Assembly (NCBI RefSeq): GCF_963921235.1
Contig: NC_086108.1
Span: 64,792,001 to 64,856,000 of the forward strand
Length of the DNA stretch: 64,000 nucleotides
Source: Mobula hypostoma
Taxonomy: Eukaryota
Direction: 5' to 3'
Below are positions 39,600 to 52,600 of the stretch, in pieces; the first letter of the stretch is position 1; every line of letters begins with the position of its first letter. Both the position numbers and the translations under genes were made by a program. The notes under the pieces are model-generated. The model had not been told where the DNA came from and made no database searches. It saw only the letters and a list, made by a program, of their open reading frames with translations.

Positions 39600-40290
39600 C
39601 CCACTAGTACCCCCATCTGTGTTGCACACTCTTAAACTGTGCCCAACAGTATTACTAAACAGTGACTAGCAGTTAGACAATGATTAACTTGTGACTTCCA
39701 GGAGCGTCATATTATGTGGTGATAGATCTGTGTCCACCAGTACTGCAGCCCACTAGTATTGTAGTACGTGTTATACAGTGACAGATCTCTGCCCACAAAT
39801 ACCATATCTGAGTTTTATAAATATACCTTTGCCATTGAGTACTCTAGCTCAGTGTTAAACAATGATAGATCTGTGCCCACAAGAATTGTAGTCTAGTGCT
39901 ATACAAAAATGGATCTCTGTCCACCAGTTCTACATCCAAATGTTATGAAGTAAATGACCTTTGCTGACCAGTACTGTAATCCAGCTGTTCTCAGCAATAT
40001 GGTAACCAGGGTTATACAATGATGGTTCAATGCTTGCCAATGCTGTAATTTAAGTAAGAGACTTTTGCCGATTATTACTATCATTTAGTATTACATAGTA
40101 TACAGTATTATTATATTATTGTAGCATTATATTATAAAGTACTGAAACACAGTGTTATAAAAAAATCTTTAACCCACCAGTACAGTAACCTTAAGTTATA
40201 TAGGGATACAGTGTACCTATGCTAATTGGTATTCAAGTGTATAGTGACAGACCTGTGCCTATCAGAACTGTATCTTTGTCACTTCTGTGG
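39600..40290. repeat. Degenerate tandem array with a unit of about 45 bp
   Basis: Recurring agtgttatacagtgacagatctgtgcccaccagtactgta-like unit (e.g. 39720, 39770, 39850, 39910, 40150, 40240). Confidence 0.75.
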
Positions 40291-43200
40291 CAGCTGACAT
40301 ACTGTAGCAAGCAGTGGGATGGGATAGAGTGCATCTTGCGAGCTACAAGGGTGGTAACTGCAGGAAGGCTGATTAGACCTGTGGTCTGAATGTGACACGA
40401 GAGGCATATGTTATACTCTACAATTTGAAATATTATAATGATTCATAACAAGAATTTATTTTCCTTAAAATTTGTAGCATGAGTGCGTGTATCTCTTGGC
40501 ACAAGGTATTCTGAGTTTGCAGATATTTATATTGCTTTCACAATAATCGGTAAATAATTCAGCAAGATATCTAAGCTGATTCCTTGATGCTCTGTCTCTG
40601 ACAAGGCAACCATGCCTTTGCAGATCAGGAGCTGGTGATAGAACTGCACTCTAGCTCCAATTTAATAGTTGATAGTGCTTGTTCAGCAATTTCATTTTGT
40701 GTGAAGAACACAGTCAACCCATTTGCTGATGATCTGATGCAGTGGTTTTGAATTTAACCCTCCTGCAGGAACCAGTGTTATGTCCCTCTGAATCTCACAA
40801 TAAAGCTTTGAGCTTTGTTTAACTTCAGCCTGAAGTTACACCCAGAACCTCCCCACTTAATATAAGCAAGCATGAGCTACCAAATGATGCCTTAGAGTAG
40901 CGCGGCTATTCATGTTAATCTTGCTCTCATCTATCCTGTCTACACACAAGTTCCATAAACACACAGTTTACAGATTTTCAGGGCCTACATTTTCAGATTG
41001 GAAAAATGTCTCAGGTGGAGTCATTGATGCTGAAAGATTCTTGTTTACAAACTGCATCACTTTTACCTACGCATATTAGAAAAATTGCTTTCCACTTTAA
41101 AGATCATTGTCAAGTTGTTCCATTTATAACTAGCACACTTTTGTAAAGATTCACAGACTGAAAAATGTCTTTGCATAGCTGCCAAGGTCACTACACCATT
41201 AATCTGTAATACAACAGAAACCTTTCAGGCCACTGCAGGGAACATCTTTTAGATAAGTAAGAAAGCATTTTATGATAGCATAAGGCCAGTGACTGATACC
41301 AAGTTTTCTTTATCTTTTTAATTGTAGTAAGATTGCACATCAAGAAACACATGGGCAGATTTCTTGTTAATTCCGTTTGTACAGTGAAATTTCATCCCAA
41401 ATCAGATGATGTTGAATATTGGTACAGACTGAATGATTCTTGATGAACTTTGGAGGATATGTGATGAGTTTTGCCTCAGCAGTGCCATAGTCCTGAAGCA
41501 TTGGGCTGCCTGGCATTTGCTGCAGTAAGGATCCCAAGTCTATATCTAAGCTTCCCATTTTAAAGGAATTGAAGAAGTAAGTTTACTGTCTGGTCTCAAG
41601 ACATTACAACACCTTTACTCACTCTTGCAGTCCATGGGAATTTGCAGTAAATTTTCCAAGGTACTGTAATACTATTGAGTGCTTTTCTAAGCATAATTAT
41701 TTCCAACAGTTCTTGGAAGCCCTGAGAAAATATCTTATGGGGAACATCTACTGCAACGTTCTTAAAAGTCATCCCAAATGGTGCCAATTTCTCTAGAAGT
41801 TCTTCCTCACCATGTTGATGTTGCAGCATTCAATTGGGCCGATGTGGACTGAAGGAATTCTGCAAATTGAAAGACACGTCTGGAAGTATGTTGTGAATGT
41901 ATGCAGTGGATTTCCTCTAGCCATTCTTTACTTGTGTTAACAACATTCTGATGTCAATGCTCCTGAACCACAGTTATCATTGTGATTTGACTTTTGGAAC
42001 TGGGAACTCTACTTCCAAAGCTCTGCTTTCTAAGTTGAAATGTATATCTATATAGCAAAGTTACTGCTGCTTCCTTTAGATAATCATATGTTTGTTGGCC
42101 TTCTGAAGATACGTATTGTTTTTGTTCTACTAATATGGAATAAGAGAAGGCAATATTTCAAAGCTCTATGTGCAGTAGAGAATTCTCCCATATGAGTTCA
42201 TAATAATTATTGAAGATTACCAGAGCTGGCAGCTGGTAGAGTAAATTCAGAGATGTTAAAAAAGTCTATTTGAAGTTTATAGGCATTACTGTCAGGACCA
42301 TTCTTATTAGTGAACCACTGCAGTCCATAGTGTGAAGGTACTCCCGTCAAACTGATGGGTAGGAAGTTCTAAAGTGTAGATCTTGTGTTAATGAAGGACA
42401 GAAACATTGCTGGAACTCAGAGTGGTGTTTGACTCGGAGGTGAAGTTGCAGGGGTGATGTTCTTAATGAGTCTGCTGCTGTTATATTGGTTAATTGTGGT
42501 GATAGGTTTGAAGGTGCTGCTGAGGTAGTCATTGCCTGTAACTGGTTTAAAGAACGGAGCTATGTATACTATATATATGTTGTCATTTTCCCTGAGAACC
42601 ATGTGCTCAAAGGGAAAACATTTGCCCAAAGGATGGACTTGTCTTCCTGTGTAAAGTAGGTGTTGTTGGGATGGAGCAGCAAATGGTCTTGTGGTTTAGG
42701 TATTGGCAGTCCTTAGAGATCTGAGGTTTTGCAAGGTTTTATGAAGACCAATCCCACAATAGTACCAATATATAATTGGTATAGAAATAGATTCATTATC
42801 ACTCATTTGGATTGGTTTTTGGAACCCTTGAATGCAAAAGGATCAGACAATAATTAGGTTACAAAAAGAAGCAAATGCATCTTCTAACTTTAATAAGCTT
42901 TGGTTGGATACAAAATTCCAACTAGCTAAGTAAAAATATTCCCTTTAAGTAGCCTTGGCATAATTGCGTAGAAGTATGAATGCCATCAATAGAAGATAAA
43001 TTGTGGATACAAGTCCTGGGCTTGCCTTTGGGCTAACAAAGTCCATAATATTTATTCCAAGGTTCTATATGTGTATGCCAAGTAACACTGAGGGCTGTTT
43101 CTGGGAACCTCAAAGGAAAACTTCTGGCACAGATTCCAGTCTGATGCTGAAATTTGATTCCAGATTATTTCTTTAAATAATCTCTATTATTTACTAGCCT

Positions 43201-44219
43201 TCCTTTGGATCACGTGTTACAATCACCACAATGTCACTGACCGCTGACCATTGTCTCATTCCTAAAGCATTTATCAGACTGGACTTCCTCACCTCTAACC
43301 AGTCACCTGACCAGATTGTCCCCTTCCTACCTTACAGACATCAGACCAGGCTACCACTGATCACTCCTGCCATTCCTTGTGATTCATTTACTTACTCAGT
43401 AAATCACCCAATGCCCAATATCACTCCAACTAACACTTGCCAGTACGCTTCAGCTGATCCTCTCCTTAACCTCCCCCTAACCTCCCCCATCCCGCCAACC
43501 TCAGCAATGACCAGCTAGTACACAGCAGTATGGATTCTCCACGCTAGCACAGCACCCAAGGGGAAGACCTTATCTCATCTAAGGCCACTATATAAGCATC
43601 CATAACTCAAAACAGTTATCAGCATGCTATCCAGTAACCATTTAATGTGTCTTTGCAGGCACCAAAGGAATTCTAGGCTAAATGATTTCCATTTGAGCTG
43701 TTACTCACTAGAATGTATGAAAGTAGGCTACGGCTTACTCCCTGGGTCAACAACTCATTGAGGTTTGAGAATCCACTGGAATACAAGCTGCAGTGCTTCA
43801 ATGCCTTGAGCTGCTGTGCACTCTGCAGTGCAAGGTTTACAGTCAATCAAAATCATCAACAATAATAAAAACCTCCATGATTTTATTGCTGTTTAGAAAA
43901 GAGAATGTATTTGATGCCATTCCCTTGTTCTGATTTGACTTTCTATCTCCCTGAGATTTTTCTAAGGAACCCTTTCCTGACCAAAATGCTTGAGATTGTA
44001 GAGCGCATCGCGTAAATAGCCCTAAACATAATCAGTTGTCTATGACTATGGAAATAAGCACATGAAAAAGGAAAACACAAAATAATGTGGGGAAAGAGCA
44101 GGAATTAGTTTCAATGTTCCCTCCCCTGCTAAGAAGCTTGGTCTGACACAAGGTCTGCTTCTGCAATGTAGTCTCCATGATCCATTCTAATAGGTCGGCT
44201 TATATTTTCTGTCTTTCAG

Positions 44220-44282
44220 ATTCAGGTCAGTCTGAAAGTCCTAGCCAGGCAAGTGAGGATATCAAGGACCAGCCAGAAAATG
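44220..44282 (+). CDS. NFIA: Internal coding exon (exon 3) of nuclear factor I A; 63 nt, phase 1-1
   Basis: Acceptor tattttctgtctttcag|A and donor AATG|gtatgt. Translates as (D)[20 protein letters not shown](G), against human NFIA exon 3 as I recall it, [23 protein letters not shown]. The DIKDQPENG end separates it from NFIB and NFIX. Too short for the ORF track. Confidence 0.93.
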
Positions 44283-45129
44283 GTATGTATTAATTTGACA
44301 TGGAGCAGTATTTTTTTTTCTGGATTCTGCAGAAGAACAACTATCCTTTTAAAATTAGCTTTCAAAGAGCGATGTACTCATCTTTAAAACCTGAGAGAGG
44401 CTGGACGTAAGCATTAAATTCCATTCAAAACTTAGAACAAAAAAAAAATCATGTGTATGGTAAAGTTTATTTATGTAATTTTGACAATAGGGCTGTGTGC
44501 AAATCATGAAAACTATATATATGTATATCAGCAGGTTGCTTTTCCTTCTACTGAGGAATTAAGTCCTTAGATTGAAGAGGAAAAGATAGTCATCTTAGTT
44601 TCTATTAAGATTGCTATACAAATCACTTGGCATCAATGAACATGGCATCATTTGTGTAAACACATAGTTTGCATGGTAGGAAAAAAGTTGATGGCACGTG
44701 AAGAAAAGGGTGCCATATTCAATAAGGAGCTATTTTCAATGAGCATTAGCATTTGTTTTTAACGTTTTAACCCTTTTCTAGAAAGGAGTTTTCAGAGAAG
44801 CTTCTGATTCCCTGCCTGCAGTCACTGATGAGCTGAGTATTAAAGGTGCCATGTCTTCACTGGAAACTGGATTTATAATATTATACTATGTTGATTTTCT
44901 GTTCATTTGTGTCTGACACTAAAATTGTAAGGTAGAAACTTGAAAATAGTGTTCTAATTAACTTTTTTTCCTGATATGTAATTTATTTATTTTAATTTTA
45001 TTTCAAATGATTATAAATACAATGATTTCGATATTCCACCGTACAGCACAATACAGTATTGGGGTTTAGAACATAAAAAAATTACAGCACAGTACTGGCC
45101 TGTTAGCCCATGAGCTGGAAATGTCTGTG

Positions 45130-46350
45130 CTGAAAATTACTTTCTGGAAATAATCAGTAATTCTACATAAGAAGTAGGCATCCAGGGCCTGGATCAATCA
45201 GAGGAAGTTCAAGGCCAGGCTGTTTGACAACTGGCTCAACTGACTCAACTCTCCCTTCACAGTCAGGTCCGACTGCCTGAAGGTGTCGTGGATCTAGTTT
45301 GGAGACCTGAGATGTGTAACAGACTTTGGCTGCAGCGGACAGGCAAGTTTAAACAAAGATGGGAACTGTGAGAGTTACACACACTCTCCATAGCAGGCAA
45401 GAAAATGGCCATCAGATGAAAGGTGGTTGGACCAATCCGTGCTGTTGTACTTGGCGCAGGTGTGCACCTTCTCGCTGCTCAGCCCTGGCAGTCACCTGAA
45501 ACATATACCAGTTTATCTGGTAATGAAATGTGGAACAGGTCAGAAGAGTTGCAATACACAAATCCCTGGACATTGAGGTCAAAAGTGTACCCAGCTGCAC
45601 CCTTAATCTTGCTGGACATTTTTGTGTGTGGCTGCAGCAGGCTGTGCTTAGAACTCAAATATACAGGCATCAAGGACAGATGCTATTTATTGAGATACAG
45701 AGATACAGCATGGAATAGACCCTTCCAGCAATCTCTGGATTTAATCCTAGCCTAATCATGGGATAATTTACAATGACCAGCTAACCTACCAATTGGTATG
45801 TCTTGGACTGTGGGAAGAAACCAGAGCACCCAAAGGAATTCCATGTGGTCATGGGGGAAACATACAAACTTCTTACAGGCAGTAGCAGGATTTGAACCTG
45901 GGCCACTGGTACTGTACAAGCCACTACACTACTGTGCTATCCATGCTGCAAGGGATAGGCCTGGCTCCATTGCCACGGAATGTTCCAGTCTTTTGTGCAT
46001 TGATCCTCCGTGGAATTGTTCTTTCAGAAGAACAGTTTACCAGACCGTGGTCAGCACCAAACATCCTGCAGGCACTGTGGGCCAGAGACACAATTCTGTA
46101 AGAACAGGTACCAAATCAATTGCAAGAATGGTTCATTGTCAGAACACCTCAGCAAGCATCAATATCTTATTTGGGTAGTGATGAGAGAGACCGTTCCTGT
46201 CAAATCCTTCTGTAGAGTGGTAATCTGTCTTCTAACACATATTTCCCATGTAACGGCTACAATGAGGAAGAACAGGTCACCCATCCCTTTGTAAATAGTG
46301 TAAGTGCAAAGAAGGTCTGGAGAAGGATGCAGAGTGCCTCCCTCGGATCA
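45130..46350 (+). mobile_element. Degenerate Tx1-like L1 ORF2 C-terminal remnant, interrupted by a SINE
   Basis: ORF 46010-46294 LSKHQYLIWVVMRETVPVKSF, followed by an NGYNEEEQVTHPFV zinc-knuckle-like remnant. Confidence 0.5.
45690..45945 (-). mobile_element. tRNA-derived V-SINE (HE1-like)
   Basis: gtgggaagaaaccagagcaccc...acatacaaact...ggatttgaacctggg is antisense to the V-SINE core and B box; CR1-like tail at the left end. Confidence 0.75.
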
Positions 46351-47229
46351 TCCTGAGAGTTTCCTGATCTATGAGATGTTACCAGAGATGTATCTAGACA
46401 ACATGAATCCACATGAATACTTCATTATTCCCTTTTTCTGCACTATTTACTTATTTTGTGATTTCTGGTAATGGTATGTCTTTGTGCTGTACTGCAGCCT
46501 CAAAATAATTAATATCATATCATATAAGACAGTGATAATAAACCTGATTCTGCTTCTGACTCTGCATACCTCAATACTGCTAGAAAATCATCAACTTAGT
46601 GAAAGACACATGTAGGTCTGCCTGAACTTGTTGGTCTTCCAATTCAATGAGATGCCCATAAGGGAATGCTGCTAACTGGCACATTCCAGACAGCAGGAAT
46701 ACCTGATGAGGGGCACTCTGAAGATTAGTGCAACCAATGCAAAGGCTTTGTAAGGAAGAACTGTAGTCCAAGGTCCTTGTGCTACTAGATATTAAGGGGT
46801 TAAGTCCAGTGTAGAAGCCTCTCAAACACTTGCAGTTTGTATCATCCCAGGAGACCACATGAGAAACAATGGAGGTTATAAGTACAAACTGTGCTAACTC
46901 TACCAATGTAGTACAGTACTGTAAAGTAACACTCTGAATGCACTGACTGAATGACACTACGAATGTAAGGGGAATCATGCACTGTGTATATTTTTAATAG
47001 CGTTTATTATTGAAATTTAAAGAATTTTATTCTCTGTGAAACATATGGTAGTCATTGGTGGTGTAATGTTGAATGCAGGAGCGGACCTGTACTAGTTGAT
47101 GATGATTGTTCCTAGCATTTGTTGAAGGTCCTGCCCATAACTGGGCTGTTCTCAAAGTCTCTGCCGGAACAACATGCCCTAGAATCGTTTCAGGTGACCA
47201 ATTCCACAGGAAGTTCTGGTAAAATGGTG

Positions 47230-47945
47230 GTACACTCAGACGCAGCAGCATCTAGAGGGCCAACCAAATGTGTTATTATTTTTAATGTATTTTTTATGAT
47301 CGCAAGACCCTACTGAACATTAAAAACCTAACGTACTGCAGGTCTACTCCGTCAGTGAGTTGCTCGTTAGCAGGGAGACTGAAGGAGCTGGATTTGGTGC
47401 GGATCGTGCTGCTGCCTGCTTTAGAAAGTTGGAGTCAGTGCGAAGGAGGCGTGCAGTCTAACGGCAACTGATCATCTTGGTCGCTTTTCTTGTGATCGTA
47501 AGACCAAGCTCGACATTGTTAACGTGGAATACTGCAAGTCAGATATACTGATTTGTTGGTGAATGGCGGGGGAACTGCATAGCCTCGGTCATGAGGAGGT
47601 CTAGCCCTCAAGCTGCAGTGTTGCTTATTTTCAGCCACCTAGGGAGGATGTGTCGGAGCTGGTGCCCGCTGTCAGAGGTGTTGTGGCATGGTGTACATGT
47701 AGGCTTCAGTGCTGCTCTCCAGTGTTCACTTGGCAGAAAATAAGATGTATTGTACTTGACTATGGACCGCTGCAACATTCAGTGATATGGACAATATTTT
47801 ATTGGTGTTGTCTTATATGTGCTATTTGTGTGTCTTGTGCTGTGTATGACTATTAACATAAGTTTGGCCCCAGCGTAACGGCTGTTTTGTTTGGCTGTAT
47901 TCATGGATATTCATGTATGGTTGAATGACAAACTTGAACTTGAAA
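47230..47945 (+). mobile_element. LINE 3' UTR-type interspersed repeat
   Basis: Relatively CpG-rich, ends tgaatgacaaacttgaacttga. Confidence 0.55.
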
Positions 47946-48067
47946 TTTCTCCTTTCTTGGAAGCAGGGTAAGTAACTGCAAAGATCATTGCCTTATGAAC
48001 CTACCTTCCATGCTGCAAGATGAAGAGTATTCATATCCATTTCTTAACAACCAATCCAATATGACTG

Positions 48068-49640
48068 AACACAAGAAATTCTGCAGATGCTGGAAATCTT
48101 CAGCAACACACACAAAATGCTGGAGAAATTCAGCAAGTCAGGTAGCATCTATGGAGGGGAATAAACAGTCCATGTTTTGGGATTCTGAAGAAGGGTCTCA
48201 GCCAATGTTCCCTCTAATTTTTAGTAGTCAGTGTGCGCAAAAATATTATGTTGTGCAAATTTTTTTCCTGTGACAAAAGTATGTGGGCACTGAATGCACA
48301 CATGGCACAGTTTATGTAGGTTTACAAAATACTTGACATAAAACTGAACAGAATAACAACAAAATAACATACATATTTAAGTCACTCAGTTATTTTTTCT
48401 CTCTGCTGTCTTTGGCACTTACCTATTCTTTGTAAACTCTATCTAGGCTAGTAGAACTTCCATCCAAATGATAGCTTTTGATTCTTATTAACATATCCAA
48501 ATGACATTCACCTAGACGGTTTCTCAGCTTGTTTTTGAGTTGATTCATTAGGCTAAAACCTCGCTCACAGTCTGCACTAGATGCAAGAAAGGTTCCCCCA
48601 ATGTCCATCCATCAACTGTGCAAGGTCGCAAAACTGTTGATTTTGAAGTACAAATGCCACCATTTGAGCAAAGTTTGAAATCAGTTGGGATTTAATTTTT
48701 TGTTGCATGGAAAATTTGAAATCATTAAACTGTCTAACTATTTACAGTATTTTCAGCTAGAAAATCATGATATTTTAGACATAAGGCATTAACTTGTTCA
48801 TCGCCAAATGGGAAGTCACAATCTGCAATTGCGGCGAAATCAAAAGCTGACCACTCTTGTACCTCATCTTCAGAAAACCTTTCTTCTAAATGAACACAAA
48901 GACTATTTATAAAAGTCAACAGCGAATTTGTATCCACTGAGACGTTTTCTTCACATTGTTGGCTTAGCAAAACTTTAACTTTGTCACTCCTGAAACATTG
49001 TCTCCCAGATACTGCTTTCTTATCTTGTTAATTTTGCCTTATGCAAGATGATGTGAATCAATCGGTGTCAGGCCACTCTTTTGCAGAATCTTGCATTGTG
49101 CAGCCAGTTCATCAAAGACCTCTCTTAAAACCTGTAAAGCTACTTTGTATGTGATGTTTATCAATTTCTTGTGACAGTATTTAGCCACAGGGTTATTTGA
49201 CTGATCTTTTTCAATAAAAACTTATTAAGCTATCTACAGGATTTGAAATAGATCTTTGTAAATTTTATGATATGAACACTGCCCGCCAAAGATGGCTGCT
49301 GCCGTGATGCAGCTGTATAAACTGGAACAGGAAAGGTGAGGTGACATAAATTAGTGACGTGCATTGTGGTATTTGAAAAACCAACTAACTAGTTAACAGA
49401 AGCATTTAGCTAAAAGATTATTTTCAATAAGTATAATTATTAATTACTACATTATTTTAGGTAACTAACCTTTTGTGCGCACGTTAATTTCCTTTGTGCG
49501 CTGGTTGAAAAACGTGTGTGCGCGCACACACGCACACAGCTTAGAGGGAACATAGGTCTCAGCCCAAAATGTCGACAGTTTATTCCCTTCCATAGATGCT
49601 GCCTGACTTGCTGTGTTTTCCAGCATTTTGTGCATGTTGC
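48068..49640. repeat. Palindromic Penelope-type repeat split by a hAT insertion
   Basis: 48103-48181 is an imperfect inverted repeat of 49563-49640; the rejoined centre reads CTGAAGA-AGGGTCTCAGCCC-AAAAT-GTC-GACAG. Confidence 0.85.
48203..49555 (-). mobile_element. hAT DNA transposon deletion derivative with transposase C-terminal remnant
   Basis: TIRs CAATGTTCCCTCTAA / TTAGAGGGAACATAG; 8-bp TSD GTCTCAGC at 48195-48202 and 49556-49563; ORF 48423-48608 ASSADCERGFSLMNQLKNKLRNRL is the hAT dimerisation domain. Confidence 0.95.
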
Positions 49641-52600
49641 AATAAGATAGAAGCTATCTTAGATCTGCCTCCCTCTGCCCTTGTGCTGCTTCCATCAGAT
49701 TATTCCTAATTTTGCACTTCTTGCCCAGCCTTGGAATGATGCAAAGTTTTTATGTGCAGTCAAGGCTAATGATTCTTTCAGTTGCAATGAATTGCACATT
49801 GTGCAGTTAAGAAAATTGAAGCCCAGCACAAATCTGGTACTGGTTTGCAGGGAGGCATCACTTTAAGTCAGGGATGAATTTCCAGACCTATGTGTATACT
49901 ACCTCTTATTATACAATTGTAACAAACAGTACACCATTCTGATTAGTTGTGAGACTTTTTACAATTGAAAATGCAAAGTCCATTGGTTTCAAAATTATAA
50001 TGAGTGTGAAGGATTGGATTGAACTCTTGATACTGTTCAATGTAGACAGCTTCATTTCCAGATATTAAAACAATAATGTAGGAAGACCACTGCATAGTAT
50101 AATTAAAATAAATGCTATTTGGATGGGAGTGTGTGCTCTGGGCAGCTATATTTAGAAATGTAGATTCTTGGTGTTCAGTTTGAAAGGTTCCCCACAGGAA
50201 ATGGATGGGTGGAGGGATGTTTAATCCTCAGAGGCATACAATTCGACAGTTATGCATATTAGCCTCATTAGTGAGCATCTCAAAATAATACTTCCATCTA
50301 TAATCATAAATGGAATTTCCAGCTGTAGGAGCATGCATTATTGGTGTGGTCTTACCAAATTTACTTGAGATCAAAACTGGTAAGGAAAACTTAATAGCTT
50401 CACCAGAAGTATGAACTTTTTAAAAACTTAATTACTCTGTATCCTGAAATTACTTAACATTTCGTGTTTAATGTAGGGATGTTATGATTTTAGTTAATCT
50501 CTCAATGATTACATTAGTGAATATTCAGTCATTTCATAGATTGTAATTTTGTAAAATGAAAGTATATTAATACAATATGAAATATTACACAAATGCAGTT
50601 TGCGGTGAGTTTTATACAAAATGCATTTAAGTTTAGACAAATTGATAGTTTAATTGGACACAATGAAAACTTCTGGAAAGCAAAGGGATTGATAACTAAT
50701 TAGTTTTATGGGGTGTGTGTGTTATTGCCAAGACCAATATTTATTGTTGAACTCTGTTCTTCAGAAGGTGTTGAGGAGCTGCTTTAATGAATTGTTGCAT
50801 GCAGTCTTTTTGATGAATGTACTTTCTCAGTACTATTCAGGAGGGAATTCCATGATTCTTATATTTCTAAGCGACGTAGGTGTATAATTTGGAGGGGAAA
50901 CTGGGGCCATTGATGTTCCTATGTACTTGCTGCCTTGTTTTTCGTGGTGGTAGAAGTTGTAAACTTGGGAGATGCTGTCAGAGTAGACAAGGTAAATAAC
51001 AGCAGAGCACTTTGCAAATTCTATCTGCTGCTGCCTTTGTGCAGTGGTGGCAGGAGAAATTTATGGTTAGGAGAGTGGATGGTATTTCAGTCCAACAGAC
51101 TTCTTTGTCCTGGATAGTTCTGAGCATCTTCGGTGAAGTTGGAACCATGCTCACCCAGTCAAGTAATGACTATTCACCTTCCTGAATTGTTCTCTCAAAA
51201 TGGTGGCAAGGCTTTGAGGTATAAGAATGTGGATTATTTACTGCAGTATATCTAGTGTCTGACCTGACCTTACATCTTCACTATGTGGATGATCCAACTG
51301 AATGAGTTGTCAGATAGAGTAACAAAATGCACTCTATCGTTAAAGCTTTTGACTTTAACATATTCTTCTTAAAGTAGAAACAGCAAATAAATCTCATTAA
51401 TATGCATGTTCCATTTTGTAAAAGGTGGGCTTCATTAGAGCATCAATTGTGACTTGCTTTGAGTTCCTTTGCTGTAGAGTGTACTTGATCTCAGAAATTA
51501 AGTGCCCATGTTGTAATATCATATTTTACCTTATCATTGAGCCATTACCTTAAGCTATACAGACCAGTTATAACTTGACATGATGATAAATTTGCTCACT
51601 TTATATACTTCCTTCATTCCCCTTCCTTTGTTTATTTTACATTTTGGTGTGAGATTTAAAGGAAGAGAGAACAAAAATGCAGAAAAATGAGTGAGAGACT
51701 GTAAAGGAGACAAATAAAAATGTGGAGTCAGCAATGGTTAAAGACAAAAAGTAGAAAGATTGGAGGAAATGGAAAGCATACGACAAGCAGAGGGGCAATC
51801 GTAGGAAGGGAGAACATTCAGCAGATGTTTTGTCTGTGTTGAGTGTTCTGAAATATCGAGTAATGTTAAAAAAACAAAACAAAGCTAATGGGCCGGATCA
51901 TTTTGGATGCAGTCCATTACCAAGACTTGCTGCTTGTGATCCTTGCCACCTGGGCTTAATTTTTCTGAACCTAGTGGGCCAGAGGCTTTCTACAAGGTGG
52001 AGAAGGCTCACCATCAACTAACGCTCAGGCAACAGAACAGAGGACCCTGGCTCCAGCCTTTGACAGCTCACTGCTGCCAAGCTTTTGAACAGTTTTTAAA
52101 TGATTTTAATAGTTAAAGAAATTCCAAAACTATTTGAACGTTTTAATGAAAAGTAACATTAGATTAAATGAAAATAAAAAATGAATTACAAGTACATGAA
52201 AAGACTACCTAGTACTTAGAAAGGAAATGAAGTAAAATAATTTGAACATTTACCTGCATGTTTCTTCTCCCACAGGGTTGGCGAACTCATTCAAATGAAG
52301 AGTGTTGCCTTTGGGCTGGAACTCCCTCCTGGGGTAAAGCTGAGGGGCCGGATGCAAACTGCATCCAGACTCTCCCTTTAATGGTGAATTCAGCAGTGGG
52401 GTGGGTAAGGTGCACAGGCATCTGATCTTCAGGGCATTTCAGCTTCTGTGTCTCATTATGCATACACGGGTGTCCCAGGTGCCCTGGAATTTTAACAGCT
52501 GATTGCTGACTACTCACAATGAAACCTGGCTGCAGCTTAACTCATTTCAGCCCAACGTACTCCCTCTTCACATCTTAATTTTGGTTAATCAAAAAAAAAC

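Noticed and set aside
39600..40290. CRISPR-like array
   Set aside because: Units are degenerate along their whole length, with no constant repeat and unique spacer structure, no cas genes, and a vertebrate context.
45412..46978. Cluster of 60-130 aa ORFs as a host gene
   Set aside because: Explained by a decayed Tx1-like LINE and a SINE; no coherent exon structure.
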